DNA of 64,000 bases from Stegostoma tigrinum (taxonomy: Eukaryota), in contig NC_081356.1 in NCBI RefSeq assembly GCF_030684315.1, positions 59,566,835 through 59,630,834 of the forward strand, written 5' to 3'. Below the pieces are notes generated by a model. That model saw nothing but the letters and a program-made list of their open reading frames with translations. It was not told where the DNA came from and did no database searches. Shown here piece after piece: positions 52,561-64,000 of the stretch; within the stretch, counting starts at the first letter, position 1; every line of letters begins with the position of its first letter. Both the position numbers and the translations under genes were made by a program.

Positions 52561-53593
52561 CTGCAACAATGGATCAAAACTCCAAAAGAGAGAGAGAGTT
52601 TTAGTCATTAATTCAATTTTTTTTTAAAAACAAGAGAACTATTAGAGACAAAATAATTGCAGGAGTAAGTCCTGTGGCTTTTTTTGCAAAATGTTTGTAT
52701 CGATCTGATGGGATACAACACAAAGTGTAAAAGAATTTTCAAATGGAAAGAGAGAGCGCGACAGAGCGCGACTTCATACAAGAACCTCCTCCACAACACC
52801 TTTTCACTCCTACAGATTATGTTGAAACCTTCTCATAGAGTTTGTTTTGTTTTTTTTTGAAGAATACAAATTGAACATTTTGGTCTAGAAGGTCAGTTTC
52901 AACTCTACTGGATTGTGCTAGTGGGCATGAATGCTGTTATGTGTACCAACCTGTCGTCACATATTTATGTGCTGTGAAGGTAACGGTCGAACAACTATCT
53001 CCTTGTACATCCTTGTGTTACAGCTAGAACCCAGGCAAAGGGCTCTGCACAACACAATGACCATCTCTTACCCTAAATGGTAGAATTTATTCACAGTTGA
53101 AAGGAATCAGAGCTACAAAATCTCAACCATTCTGTTAAACTAAGGATTGTGAAACCACTTCAATTATTAACGACAACATTACTGGAAAAACTTCATTGCA
53201 ATGGCCACGATATTGTACTATCTGTTCTTTGTGAACAATTCACAAACTGATTGGTATGTCTTATTTTTAATCTTCTATCCTTTTGGATTTGCCTCTTCTT
53301 TTTAATCTATATGTTTGTAGTTGCATAATTAATAACTCACTTGTTAACTTGGGAAGGCATGGTTAAATTAGTTCATTTTTAAAACAATTTTTCTTGCGAA
53401 TGGGAGGAAGGTATCCATATGGGAAGGGATCCACTTTTAAATTAATCTTGTTGCTACAAATTGAGGAAGACAAATGAATGAAGATGTGAAGCCAGTTAGT
53501 CCCTCATCACCTGGGACCTTAATAAATTGTGTTATCCTGTCTGGAAAGATAACAAATTGGGGACTTGTGCCTGGTGTCTGGGTGTAACAAAAT

Positions 53594-53611
53594 TGAGGCC
53601 TTGTCCAGGAT
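53594..53611 (+). mobile_element. Decayed tRNA-Pro primer-binding site after a probable LTR end
   Basis: tgaggccttgtccaggat matches TGGGGGCTCGTCCGGGAT at 14/18 positions. Preceded by ...gtgtaaca and by aataaa at 53521. Confidence 0.45.
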
Positions 53612-53614
53612 TGG

Positions 53615-54520
53615 AGTCATACAGCATAGAAACAGGCCCTTTGGTCCACCGTTTCTATGTTGACTAACAAATACTAAACTGCACTAATCCCATTTACCTG
53701 CATTTAGTCCATAGAATATTATTACCTGGCATTTTAAGTGCACATCCAGATACATCTTCAATGTTGTGAGAGTACTTGCCTCCATCACCATCTCAGGCAT
53801 TACTTTCCATGCTTCTTTTAACCAAGAGGGTGGCAGTGTTATTTCAGATCGCGTCTAAACCATTTACTCCTCACCTTAAACTTTTGTTTGGTCTTAGGCA
53901 TGCCTCCCATGGGGAAAAGATTCTCGTGACCATCCCTATTTATGTCTCTCATAATTTGGTATACTGTAATCAGATTTCCCTCAAGCTCCTCTGCTCTAAA
54001 GAAAACAATTCAAGCATATTCAGTATTTCCTCATAACTGAGACTTTTCATCGCAGGGGATCTCCTCTGCAGCCTCTCTAGGGCAGTGATATTCTTTTCGA
54101 TATGGTGACCAAAACTGTATACAGTGTTCCATCTGTGGCTTAATCAATGTTTTATAAAATTGTAACAAGACTTCATTACTGCTGCATTCTATGCCCTGGC
54201 TAAAGAAGGCAAGCATCCCATATGTCTCCTTCACCACTTGTCTGCTTGTGCTGGTACCTTCAGGGATCTATGGGCATATACATCAATATTCATTTGTTTC
54301 TCACTACTCCCATGGGACCAACCATTTACTGTGTATATCCTTCCCTTTTTAGATCTCCTAAAATGCATCCTCTCACACTTATCAGAATTAAATTCTATCT
54401 GCCATTGCTCAGCCCAATTTACCAGCTGATCAATATCAGACTGTAGCCTGAGACCTACCTCCTCACTATCAACACCACCAATTTTTGTGTCATTGGCAAA
54501 CTTACTAATTATATCTGGTC
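53615..54520 (-). mobile_element. CR1 3' fragment
   Basis: LLQFYKTLIKPQMEHCIQFWSP. The tail resembles the HE1 SINE tail. Confidence 0.85.
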
Positions 54521-56784
54521 ACAACAATCAGGTTAAGTGAGGCAGACTTTTGGAAAATTATTCTCAATTCTTCAATCATGCTGTCACCCAATATATGGGT
54601 GAATATATTTAAAAAAAAGGAAAGACATTAGACCACAGAATTCTTGCACTACATCGCTCTCATATTCATATTGCGTGAAATCAGCCTTAAGATTCCACTG
54701 TTACATGGGATATTCTTTTAACATTGCGATTCCAGCATGGGTTTCATGAATTAAATCAGAAGTGCATCTACTGATTGAATGAGGTAAATCAAAATCTTAT
54801 CTCAGTTTTGATACTGAAATAGAGTTGTCAGTTAATGAAGGAAAAGTTATGATCATCTATAAACTAGTTTAGCAATGATAGCTATAACGTCATTCATTTT
54901 CTATGTCATATCCTCAACTTTAAGGAAACTTTACTTTAGAATCATGGGCATGTTTCTTTAAATCAAGTAGAAGTGTTTCAATGTGCTTGTACTTCCTCCT
55001 TTTGGAGGATGGTCAGCAGCATCCAGCCTTCAGGTGTTAGGTCGGAAATAATGGATTATCAGGATTCCCATGTTCACTGGAAACTGTTGTATCAATGGTG
55101 GGCAAGAGAGAACGATTATTGCAAGCTTCTGTCCAATGACCGTATTTTTGATGCACCAATAAAAGCCTTTTATCTGGGCCTTAGCTGGAAGTTGAAAAAA
55201 ATCCATTTGAGTAAGCAATCCTAAAATTTGAAACAACTGTCTTCATTTAGTTGTCGAGAACTGAAGTACTTGAACTGGAGGCAGCTGCTTCAATTTTACA
55301 TAGCCAAAAACAAGATGACTGCAGCACTGAGCAAGTGAGAGACTTGTACTTTAATCCAGATAAACAAATATCACAATTTAAACAGATGATATTGCAGGAC
55401 AATTAAAATTGATTCTTCTTTATTGTCACCTTACGAAGATAAAAAATAAGATATCTCCAGTCCTCCTTCATCCTATTGACCAACATTTATGTATATTCAG
55501 GAACTTTATATAATAGCAATAGCCTTGAGCCTTCAGAGAGTGATTAATTGTCAAATGGCTCAAAGCTCATTAAAAATTAAAGTCTAGCTCTCCACACACT
55601 TTGTTATTTATATGACAATCTAGTTTCAGCAGTTTTTGCTGCATAAATATTAATGACTGTCCTATAATCTCATGGAAAGTGTCCTTTTAGCATGAGCCAT
55701 ATCAATAATCTTCTTGGTATCATTTCCCTTAACAACCATCACTACAAGCAATGTCACTCTATCATTCTGAAGAAGGGTCACTGGACCCAAAACATTAATC
55801 CTGCTTTCTCTCCTCAGAATCTGCCAGACCTAATGAGGTTTTTCCAGCATTTTCTACTTTTGTTTAACTCTACCCCGCTTTGCTGAGGTGATGACAATGA
55901 TGTATTTTCTCTCAATTGGCCAAAACATATCATTTTGATTCCATTGTCCTAGTCAACTTAAGGAGAAAGGGCAATGAGCTCAGTAACTTTGCTGAAGTTT
56001 TCAGAGAAATGTTTCATTGGATTTTGTTAACTTTAGCAGTATCTGCTCTATAGCTTTATTTTGCCTTGGGCTGTGATCCAATACTGGAAGTAGATAGGAC
56101 TGATGATTGCTGGGTTGCAAATGGCTACAGATTCACTTTGAATTAGTGCCAGAAAATGATTTGATTATATCAAGCATATCTAAGATGGTCTGCTGGTGAA
56201 TGACCGCAGTTTAGCTGATAAGATCAAGTAAGTCTTAGCATTGTTGGGAATGGAACACACGATATGCAATAACTGTCATCATAAGCAACAATCAGACAAT
56301 CGCTACATTGCTTATTTGTAGAAATTTAATTGAGTTGAGAGAATAAATTTATAGTTAAAGAAAGACAGCATATCCAACCTAATTTATCCTTGTTATAAGT
56401 AACTGGTTCTGCGTGTAATGACTGCAAATGTTTGAGAATTACTCTGAAGCTATACAGGAGTGTCAGATGGTGATACTGTGGCTGTTTAAATACCATACTG
56501 TTCAATGTCAGGCTACTAATGTAATGTCTTGGGAACAAGTTACAGTATCGGTTCCAAGTTTCACACGGTCCATACACTGGCTTTTGCAAGTCACTTCAGA
56601 CAGCAAAGCTGTTTTAAGGCCATGTTATCAAAAAGAGCACTCTAACTACCTGAACAATACTGCAGCAGTTACCCACAAAATGTGATACTTGAAATGTGTC
56701 TTAAAGAGATGAGTACTCAAGGGCATAAATTTGGGTAAATATAAAGACAAAGGTAGTTACTTTCTCAGCAGGTAAGTCAGCTGA

Positions 56785-58916
56785 TAGAGATAATGGGAAC
56801 TGCAGATGCTGGAGAATTCCAAGATAATAAAATGTGAGGCTGGATGAACACAGCAGGCCAAGCAGCATCTCAGGAGCACAAAAGCTGACGTTTCGGGCCA
56901 AAACCCTTCATCAGAGAGCGAGTTGTTGAGGGTGAGGACGAGTTCAGCTAGGCGGATGAGAGTGTCGGTGGAGGGGGACTGGTCGGGCCTGCGGGACAGG
57001 AAGAAGCGGAGGGCCTTGAGGCCATCTGCATGCGGAATGCAGGTGTATAGGGACTGGACGTCCATGGTGAATATGAGGTGTTGGGGGCCAGGGAATTGGA
57101 AGTCCTGGAGGAGGTGGAGGGCGTGGGTGGTGTCACGGACGTAGGTGGGGAGTTCCTGGACCAAAGGGGAGAAAATGGAGTCCAGATAGGTGGAGATGAG
57201 TTCAGTGGGGCAGGAGCAGGCTGAGACGATGGGTCGACCAGGGCAGGCAGGTTTGTGGATTTTGGGAAGGAGATAGAAACGGGCCGTGCGGAGTCGGGGA
57301 ACAATGAGGTTGGAGGCTGTGGGTGGGAGGTCCCCTGAGGTGATGAGGTCGTGAATGGTGTTGGAGATGATGGTTTGGTGCTCGGGTGTGGGGTCATGAT
57401 CGAGGGGGCGGTAGGAGGTGGTGTCGGAGAGTTGGAGTCTGGCCTCGGCGATGTAGAGGTCAGTGCGTCATACTACCACTGCGCCACCCTTGTCTGCGGG
57501 TTTGATGGTGAGGTTGGGGTTGGAGCGGAGGGAGCGGAGGGCTGCCCGTTCTGCGGGGGAGAGGTTGGAGTGGGTGAGAGGGGTGGAGAGGTTGAAGCGG
57601 TTAATGTCTCGACGGCAGTTGGAGATGAAGAGGTCGAGGGAGGGTAGGAGGCCTGGGGGTGGTGTCCAGGAGGAGGACTTGTGTTGGAAGCGGGTGAAGG
57701 GGTCAGTGGAAGGAGGGTTAGGTTCCCGGTTGAAGAAGTAGGCGTGGAGGCGAAGGCGGCGGAAAATCTGCTCTATGTCCAATCGTGACTGGTATTCGTT
57801 GATGTGTGGTTGTAGGGGGACAAAGGTGAGCCCCTTACTAAGGACTGACCATTCGTCCTCAGTCAGTGGGAGGTCTGGGGGGATGGTGAAGATGCGGCAG
57901 GGCTCAGTGTGGCTGTCTTCTCTGGGGTTGCTGGCTGTGGAGGTTGTGGGCGGAGCGATGAGGTCGTCGGCCATGGGCGGGGTTCCGTCGGCCGTGGGCT
58001 GTGGGCGGGGTTCCGTCGGCTGTGGGCGGGGTGGGTGGCAGCAGCTGCGGTGAGGGTGGTGTGTGAGGTGTTGTACCTGGAAGCGGAGGTGGTGACTGCA
58101 GCAGCGGTTCCGGAAGTTCTGTGGCCGGCGGAGGCGGATGTGACGTCATCCGTGGGGTCTCCGGCCATGTCCTCATGGTCAATGGCGGCGGGTGCATGGT
58201 GGGGGAGGGGCAGGGACAGAGTCGGGATTTGGGAGGCGCAGGAATCCTCTTGTGGGTGGCAGGGGCCAGTGAGTTGGTTGTACTTACGATTTTTGGTGTC
58301 CAGTAAAGCTGAGTGAAACTGGGTATTCAGTCTGTGGATCCTGCGGAGGATGAAAGACAGCAGATGTCCTTTGCAGGTCTGGGAGAGGGAGGCTCTGAGC
58401 TGGGGCAGGCTGGATTGCAGTGTCTGGAGGTGCCGGCGCATGGTTGCAAGTGTCTGTTTCAGGACTCGCAGGGAGAAACGCTTCTGAAGGGTCTGAATAT
58501 TCTGGGTGTAGAGGTGGTCACGGTTGGGGCCAAATTGGGAAGGCTGAAATGTGGACCATAGTCCCTTGGGGATGATCTGGTTCCCTAGGCAGGTGCTGAG
58601 GAAGGTGATGTGGCTGTGGTACCTGGTTTGCTTCAGGACATGGTCGAGCAGTTTCAAGGCCGAAGAGATTACAAGAGAGTTGCAATGGGAGAGAGATTCC
58701 CTGAGGTTGGTCCGGAGGGAGGAGGGTAACTTCTTCAGGTTAGGCATCCCTGGAAGAGGCTTCGCAGTGAGGTTAAAATAGTATCAGAGATAATGGGAAC
58801 TGCAGATGCTGGAGAATTCCAAGATAATAAAATGTGAGGCTGGATGAACACAGCGGGCCAAGCAGCATCTCAGGAGCACAAAAGCTGATGTTTCGGGCCT
58901 AGACCCTTCATCAGAG
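56785..58916 (-). mobile_element. Young, internally deleted Penelope-like element with direct pLTRs
   Basis: Exact 15-bp TSD aggtaagtcagctga (56770-56784, 58917-58931). pLTRs at 56786-56918 and 58786-58916. ORF from ATG 58747 with VLSKGLTFVP, IKPADKGGAVVV and TMDVQSLYTCIPH; it has a frameshift and a stop and is cut before the catalytic DD. CpG-rich. Confidence 0.93.
56885..56916 (-). ncRNA. Minimal hammerhead ribozyme motif in pLTR
   Basis: CU-CUGAUGA-A-GGGU-uuug-GCCC-GAAA-CG-UC-AG. Confidence 0.7.
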
Positions 58917-61047
58917 AGGTAAGTCAGCTGAAAGGTTTTGTGACACTATGGATAATGCCATAGCTTGTGTGTCATAAGTTCCAGATTTGAGTCTCATTTT
59001 CAGATCTGATGGTGGTGGATCACACAAACAAACAGATTGATTGTTGGCAGAGAAATCTTTCAGCACATGTGGAATAAGAACAAGATAGTCTCCTGGTCAG
59101 CCCTGTTCAATGCAGAATGGCACCCCTCAAGCTACAGTCTCTTGCTTCAGGTTAGGACCCATTCCAGGGGAATCAAACCTGAGATTACAGATATAAGCAA
59201 GTACTTGTTGCCCTTTCACATTTCTAGAAGTGAGCAGCCTCCAAAGTTCTGCTGCCAGGAATGAAACCATTTCTGCTGAGACTAGTATTGTTGCTGTAGG
59301 GGACTAGAATACCAGTAAGAAACTAGATGAAAACAGATGACGCAGATCTACTCCAAAACCTTACACATTAAAACTAATTTATGCCACTGTAGGTCAGTAA
59401 ATCTCTACCTGGTTGTGTATACATTCATACTGGTTTTTCTTTCTGCTGCCAGGACTGAAAGCCATAGGTCTCTGTGCTACTTTATCAGCAACAGCCAATT
59501 GGCCAGCAGATGTAAGTACTGCCTCTCAGAATTGCTGAACCAATCAGGGGGCCAATATCTTAGCCACTTTGGCACCTTGGATTTAGGAAATTATCCTTAA
59601 TTGGTGACCTAACTTTTTTCCTTATTCATTCATGGAATTAGGGCGTCGCTGACCAGGCAGCATTTATTGACAGTGGGCTTATGGTCATCATTAGACTCTT
59701 AATTCCAGATATTTTCTTGAATTCAGATTCTACCATCTGCCTGGTGGGATTCGAACTTTATCTGGGTCTCTGAATTAACAGTCCAGTGATAATACCACTG
59801 GGCCATTGCCTCCCCAGTTGAAAGCCATTCCACCACCGTTTTTGAGATTTTCTACTTCCAATTCCTGGTTCACCTTTAGAGGGCAGGTAAAATATAGTCC
59901 AAACTCTAATTCAGAGCAGGAGTTCCTTACGTCAGCAGAGAACACCTCCATCATCCACCACTGATAACAGGGGATCAGAGAGGTGCATATATTGCATGCT
60001 TCTATTTCTGTGGACAATAAGAAGTGCCAGAAAGTAAGATTCCATTGCTGTAAGGCTCTTATAGGTATAGATCATATTTCTGAAACCAGTAAGGAATATA
60101 ATAATATACTTGCCAAGACTGCCAAACAACACACTTATTCTTTATTCATTAAAGGGATATGGGTGTCACTGGCTAGGCAGCATTTATTGCTCATCCCCAA
60201 TTGCCCAGAGGGCTGTTCAGAATCAACCACATTGCTGTTTTTCTGACAATCAACAATTAATTCATCGTCATTGTTGGATTCCTAATTCCAAATATTTTGA
60301 ATGTAATGATGACAATGAATCCATTGTTGATTGTTGGAAAAGCTCACCTTGTTCAATGTCCTTTAGGAGAGGAAACTGTCATCCTTACCTGGTCTGGGCT
60401 ACATGTGATTCCAGACCCACAGCAATGTGGTTGACTCTTAACTGGCCTCTGGGCAATTAGGGATGGACAATAAATGCTGCCTAGTCAGCGGTGCCCTCAT
60501 CCTGTTAGTGAATAAAGGATAATTTGTGTCCTCAAGCATTTGAATTCATAGCTTATGATAACACTGCCCTGAACACAGGTATACAACTGCTGCTGGTAGT
60601 GAAAGGAAAGGTTAAGTCTATAAAAAGATCACTATGAATCTGACAGCAGACCTAGAAAAAAAACATAAATTTATAACAGTTAATGGAAAGCAGAGCTGAT
60701 TTGATTCTGTTCATTGATAGAAAAAAAGTCAACCTGCCACTTAATCATAAAGTAGCAAGTGTTATGGCTTACTGTTTATAAGGATTTTACAAAAAGTACA
60801 CTTTACCTCTTGAATGCTTACTCGACGATGTTGGGGGCAAGACAAAAGTTGTACATACACAAACAGAACATTTTGTCTCTCCATGAGAGAGCTCACTCCT
60901 TTAGTTAAAGAGATAGATGTGTGCCAACAGAATTGAAACAAATTGGCTCAAATTTAATTGAGATAAAACAGCTAATATGAATTCTGATCATATTAGATTG
61001 GTAATTTGGTCTGTTCCTAATTCCAAACAAAATTGCACATTTGTGGA

Positions 61048-61438
61048 TAACAAAGTGTGGAGCTGGATGAACACAGCAGACCAAGCAGCATCTCAGGAGC
61101 ACAAAAGCTGACGTTTCGGGCCTAGATCCTTCCTCAGAGTGGGGGATGGGGAGAGGGTTCTGGAATAAATAGGGAGAGAGGGGGAGGCGGACCGTGAAGA
61201 AGTTACCTTCCTCCCCCCGGAAACAACCTATCTTCTTTTCTCTCCATCTTCGGTCCGCCTCCCCCTCCCACCCTATTTATTCCAGAACCCTCTCCCCATC
61301 CCCCTCTCTGATGAAGGGTCTAGGCCCGAAACGTCAGCTTTTGTGCTCCTGAGATGCTGCTTGGCCTGCTGTGTTCATTCAGCTCCAAACTTTGTTATCT
61401 TGGATTCTCCAGCATCTGTAGTTCCCATTATCTCTGAA
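61048..61438. mobile_element. Palindromic pLTR element with ORF-derived spacer
   Basis: TSD tgcacatttgtgga / tgcatatttgtgga (61034-61047, 61439-61452). Inverted arms of ~145 bp. Confidence 0.9.
61306..61337 (+). ncRNA. Minimal hammerhead ribozyme motif in pLTR
   Basis: CU-CUGAUGA-A-GGGU-cuag-GCCC-GAAA-CG-UC-AG. Confidence 0.72.
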
Positions 61439-61944
61439 TGCATATTTGTGGAGGATCATTTTAAAACAACAGCAAATGTACACAACTTTCCGTGTTACTC
61501 TTAGGAGCTACATGTTTGTTGTGGAAGTGCACTTCTGAATATTTGGTGCATTTATGGGTATCCTTCATTTCCACAAGTGCTGCAATATAAACAAGCAGAG
61601 GATAGCCTCGATACTGAACGTGATCTTCACCAGCAGTTACCAGTGAGATGGTGTGAATAGACCACACAGCTGGCTACACTTACACCAGAGAGGTTAGTGA
61701 ACATTGCCACATGTGAAAGCACAAAAACAACTTAAATAGTGAACGTTTTTCAGTGCTTTCGGCAACTTGAGAAATCTCAATTCATGAAACTGCAACAAAA
61801 CATCAGTGATCACTTTTGTGTTGTTATTGTTTTGTTTCTGCTTTAAAATGTGACAGTAGCAGGATCAAATTCAGTTGTTTACCACATCAAATTACCACAG
61901 ATTCAAGATCAGCCTCTTACCCACTGCTATCAGACTTGTGATGT

Positions 61945-62124
61945 ATTGGAGCTGATCTTTCTCAGCACCTTCTCTGTAACAGTAGCACTATATTCTGCAT
62001 TCTGTTCTATTACCCTGATGTACTTGTGTAAGGTCTGATTTGTCTGGATAGCACGCAAGACAATACATTTCACTATATGTCACAGCTTATGACGATAATA
62101 AATCAAATCAAATCAAATCAAATC
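61945..62124 (+). mobile_element. LINE 3' end with (AAATC)n tail, possibly Rex1/Babar-like
   Basis: aataaa directly followed by about five AAATC units. The clade is a guess. Confidence 0.5.
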
Positions 62125-64000
62125 ACTGTGTTGTCAATGCGCTGATTTGCTGACCTTATGATTGACAAGAAGAACTGCATTCTGGCTCCCAAAATCCTCA
62201 CTAGCGCCCCTCATATATGCAGTCAAGCAGGGTGCATAGCACAGATAAAATTAAGCCATTTTCACCTCTGTCCATCGAGCTTCTGCCAATTCCCACACTT
62301 GCTTGCAAATCATGGGTAGCTAGTACAAACCAACAGGCAGCTAACTCTAATGTGGAAGAAAATCCTCAGATGCTTTTAGTAAATGTTGGGTGAAACGTTT
62401 ATGGGCAATACTTTATATCAGGAGCTTGTTGGTTCTGAATTTTAGAAATATTTCGTGCTTAATTCTGTAGTTATGGAGACATGTTGACTGCTGTTCCCAG
62501 ATACTGTTTCTTTTTTATTCCAGATGCTAAATGCATTTTTCTTTGAAGATGCTGCTGCAAACCCATTACAGTCCCCACCATACGTGAGTAACTGCCTCTA
62601 GAATTGGTGAGCGCCAACTGGGAGCACATTTCTTGTGGATGTTTGCCACCCATATTGTACTGAATGCCCAGGAATAAGATCAATTGGATCCCATTATAAT
62701 TGCTTTGGACAGTTGCTCTATATCTAACTGATCAATAGGCACCATAAAAATCTATTTCATCATCATCCAAATGTTTTTCTATCATTGAAGAAAAAGAATC
62801 CACAAGACTCCACATTTTGAAATCATGTATCATTTTCCAAAAAATACCTATTCAAAAAAATGTCTTCAAAAATCTGAAAAGCATGGAAAAAAAAACAAAT
62901 AGGCATAGGTCATATGATCCAAGGGGATAAAGCTCATCCTCACGATTTATCATTTTTGCCATAACACTAAGTCTTTTCTCTCTTCCCAAATGCTACCTTT
63001 CGAACTCGTATTATTTAATGATTTATTCTACAAGTTCAGTATCCTTTTTGTAAAAATACTTCCATTTTGTTATTCCTATCTGCCCAATATTTATTTTGCA
63101 TCGCTTGGTATTCAATAGTGAACATTTTACTTGGGCATTAGTTTTGCTAATCTGCTTTATAATTTTGAATATTTCAATTAGGTTTCCTCAAAGTCTTCCG
63201 TTTTTTTAAAGAACATAAGCCTTCCTTCAAAATCTATGCCCCAAAAAATCTAGTAAGAAATTATATTTTTTTTCTTATTGTCAATGTTCCTTTCCACGTT
63301 TCCTTATTTTTATCTAATCTGAGATTAGGATGCGTTTTACTATTCAATTACCAAACCAACGTTACCTTAATTGAGAGAAGAATTAACATCAAAGTAGTTC
63401 AGAGAAAATTTGATGAGTCCCTATTCTCCAGGCATCAATTGACCTTTTGCCCTTGATAGCTATGCAACTGACACTTGTATAAGAGCCATGGAAAATTATT
63501 CTCAATTCATCAATAATGATCTTGACTGGTATTTAATAAACATTATGAATGCAGAAGATCTTAGCAGTGGAAAAATTGTCTGCCCATCTACTGCAGTATC
63601 AAATTCCAGTTAGTGATTCTGAGCTAAAAACCAACTTGTGCTGAAATCATTAGTTAAATCCTAATTTTATGAAAACAATCTTTCATACACAATGAGTTTA
63701 AAACTAGTTTAGGTCATCTTACTTTGAGGTGAGGTATCCACACCCTGCCGGTTACAACAATTAGCTATACAATCAAGTGTAAAAGAAATTTTCAGTGTTT
63801 TTGTGGGGTGCCTCAGTATGTTTTTGTTTTAGAAGAATTTGTCTTAAAGAGGCATTGTTACGTTAAAAACAGGTTTGAGAACGTAGAATTTTTGAAGCGG
63901 CCTGGGAGATTTTACACCAAATATTCATCTTAAAGTTTCACAACTTGGCCATATTACTTCTGGATTACCATGTAAACTTTCAGAATGCATTCAGGTAAAT

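Noticed and set aside
52643-52704. Second minus-strand acceptor in the NTRK2 intron
   Set aside because: No donor follows and the frame stops after 20 codons.
56768-56776. Consensus donor (AG/GTAAGT) duplicated by the TSD
   Set aside because: It is on the plus strand, antisense to NTRK2, with no supportable exon upstream.
57863-58747. The 294-aa ORF as a host gene
   Set aside because: It lies between pLTRs and a TSD and continues by frameshift into PLE RT motifs.

Overview
Repeat-rich eukaryotic DNA from a cartilaginous fish. HE1-type and Deu-type SINEs plus CR1 and Penelope families point to a shark; the species cannot be fixed from sequence. The only host gene I can support is the 3' end of NTRK2 (TrkB) on the minus strand: two kinase-domain exons (50294-50452 and 48895-49080), a probable ~3.9-kb 3'UTR, and an upstream intron running past the window end. 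The rest is mostly decayed, often nested retroelements: CR1 LINEs (one full-length with a TSD), L2, SINEs, a Harbinger relic and many Penelope-like elements (PLEs). Most notable: (i) several PLE families carry minimal hammerhead-ribozyme motifs; (ii) recurrent asymmetric palindromic PLE insertions have 11-16-bp TSDs and inversion points at the ribozyme; (iii) two sense-oriented hammerheads lie 2.0 kb apart in the NTRK2 intron; (iv) there is a candidate in-frame 45-nt kinase-insert exon; (v) a duplicated non-repeat element has a 38-bp identical core. All assignments were made by eye with no database search, and boundaries of old repeats are approximate.
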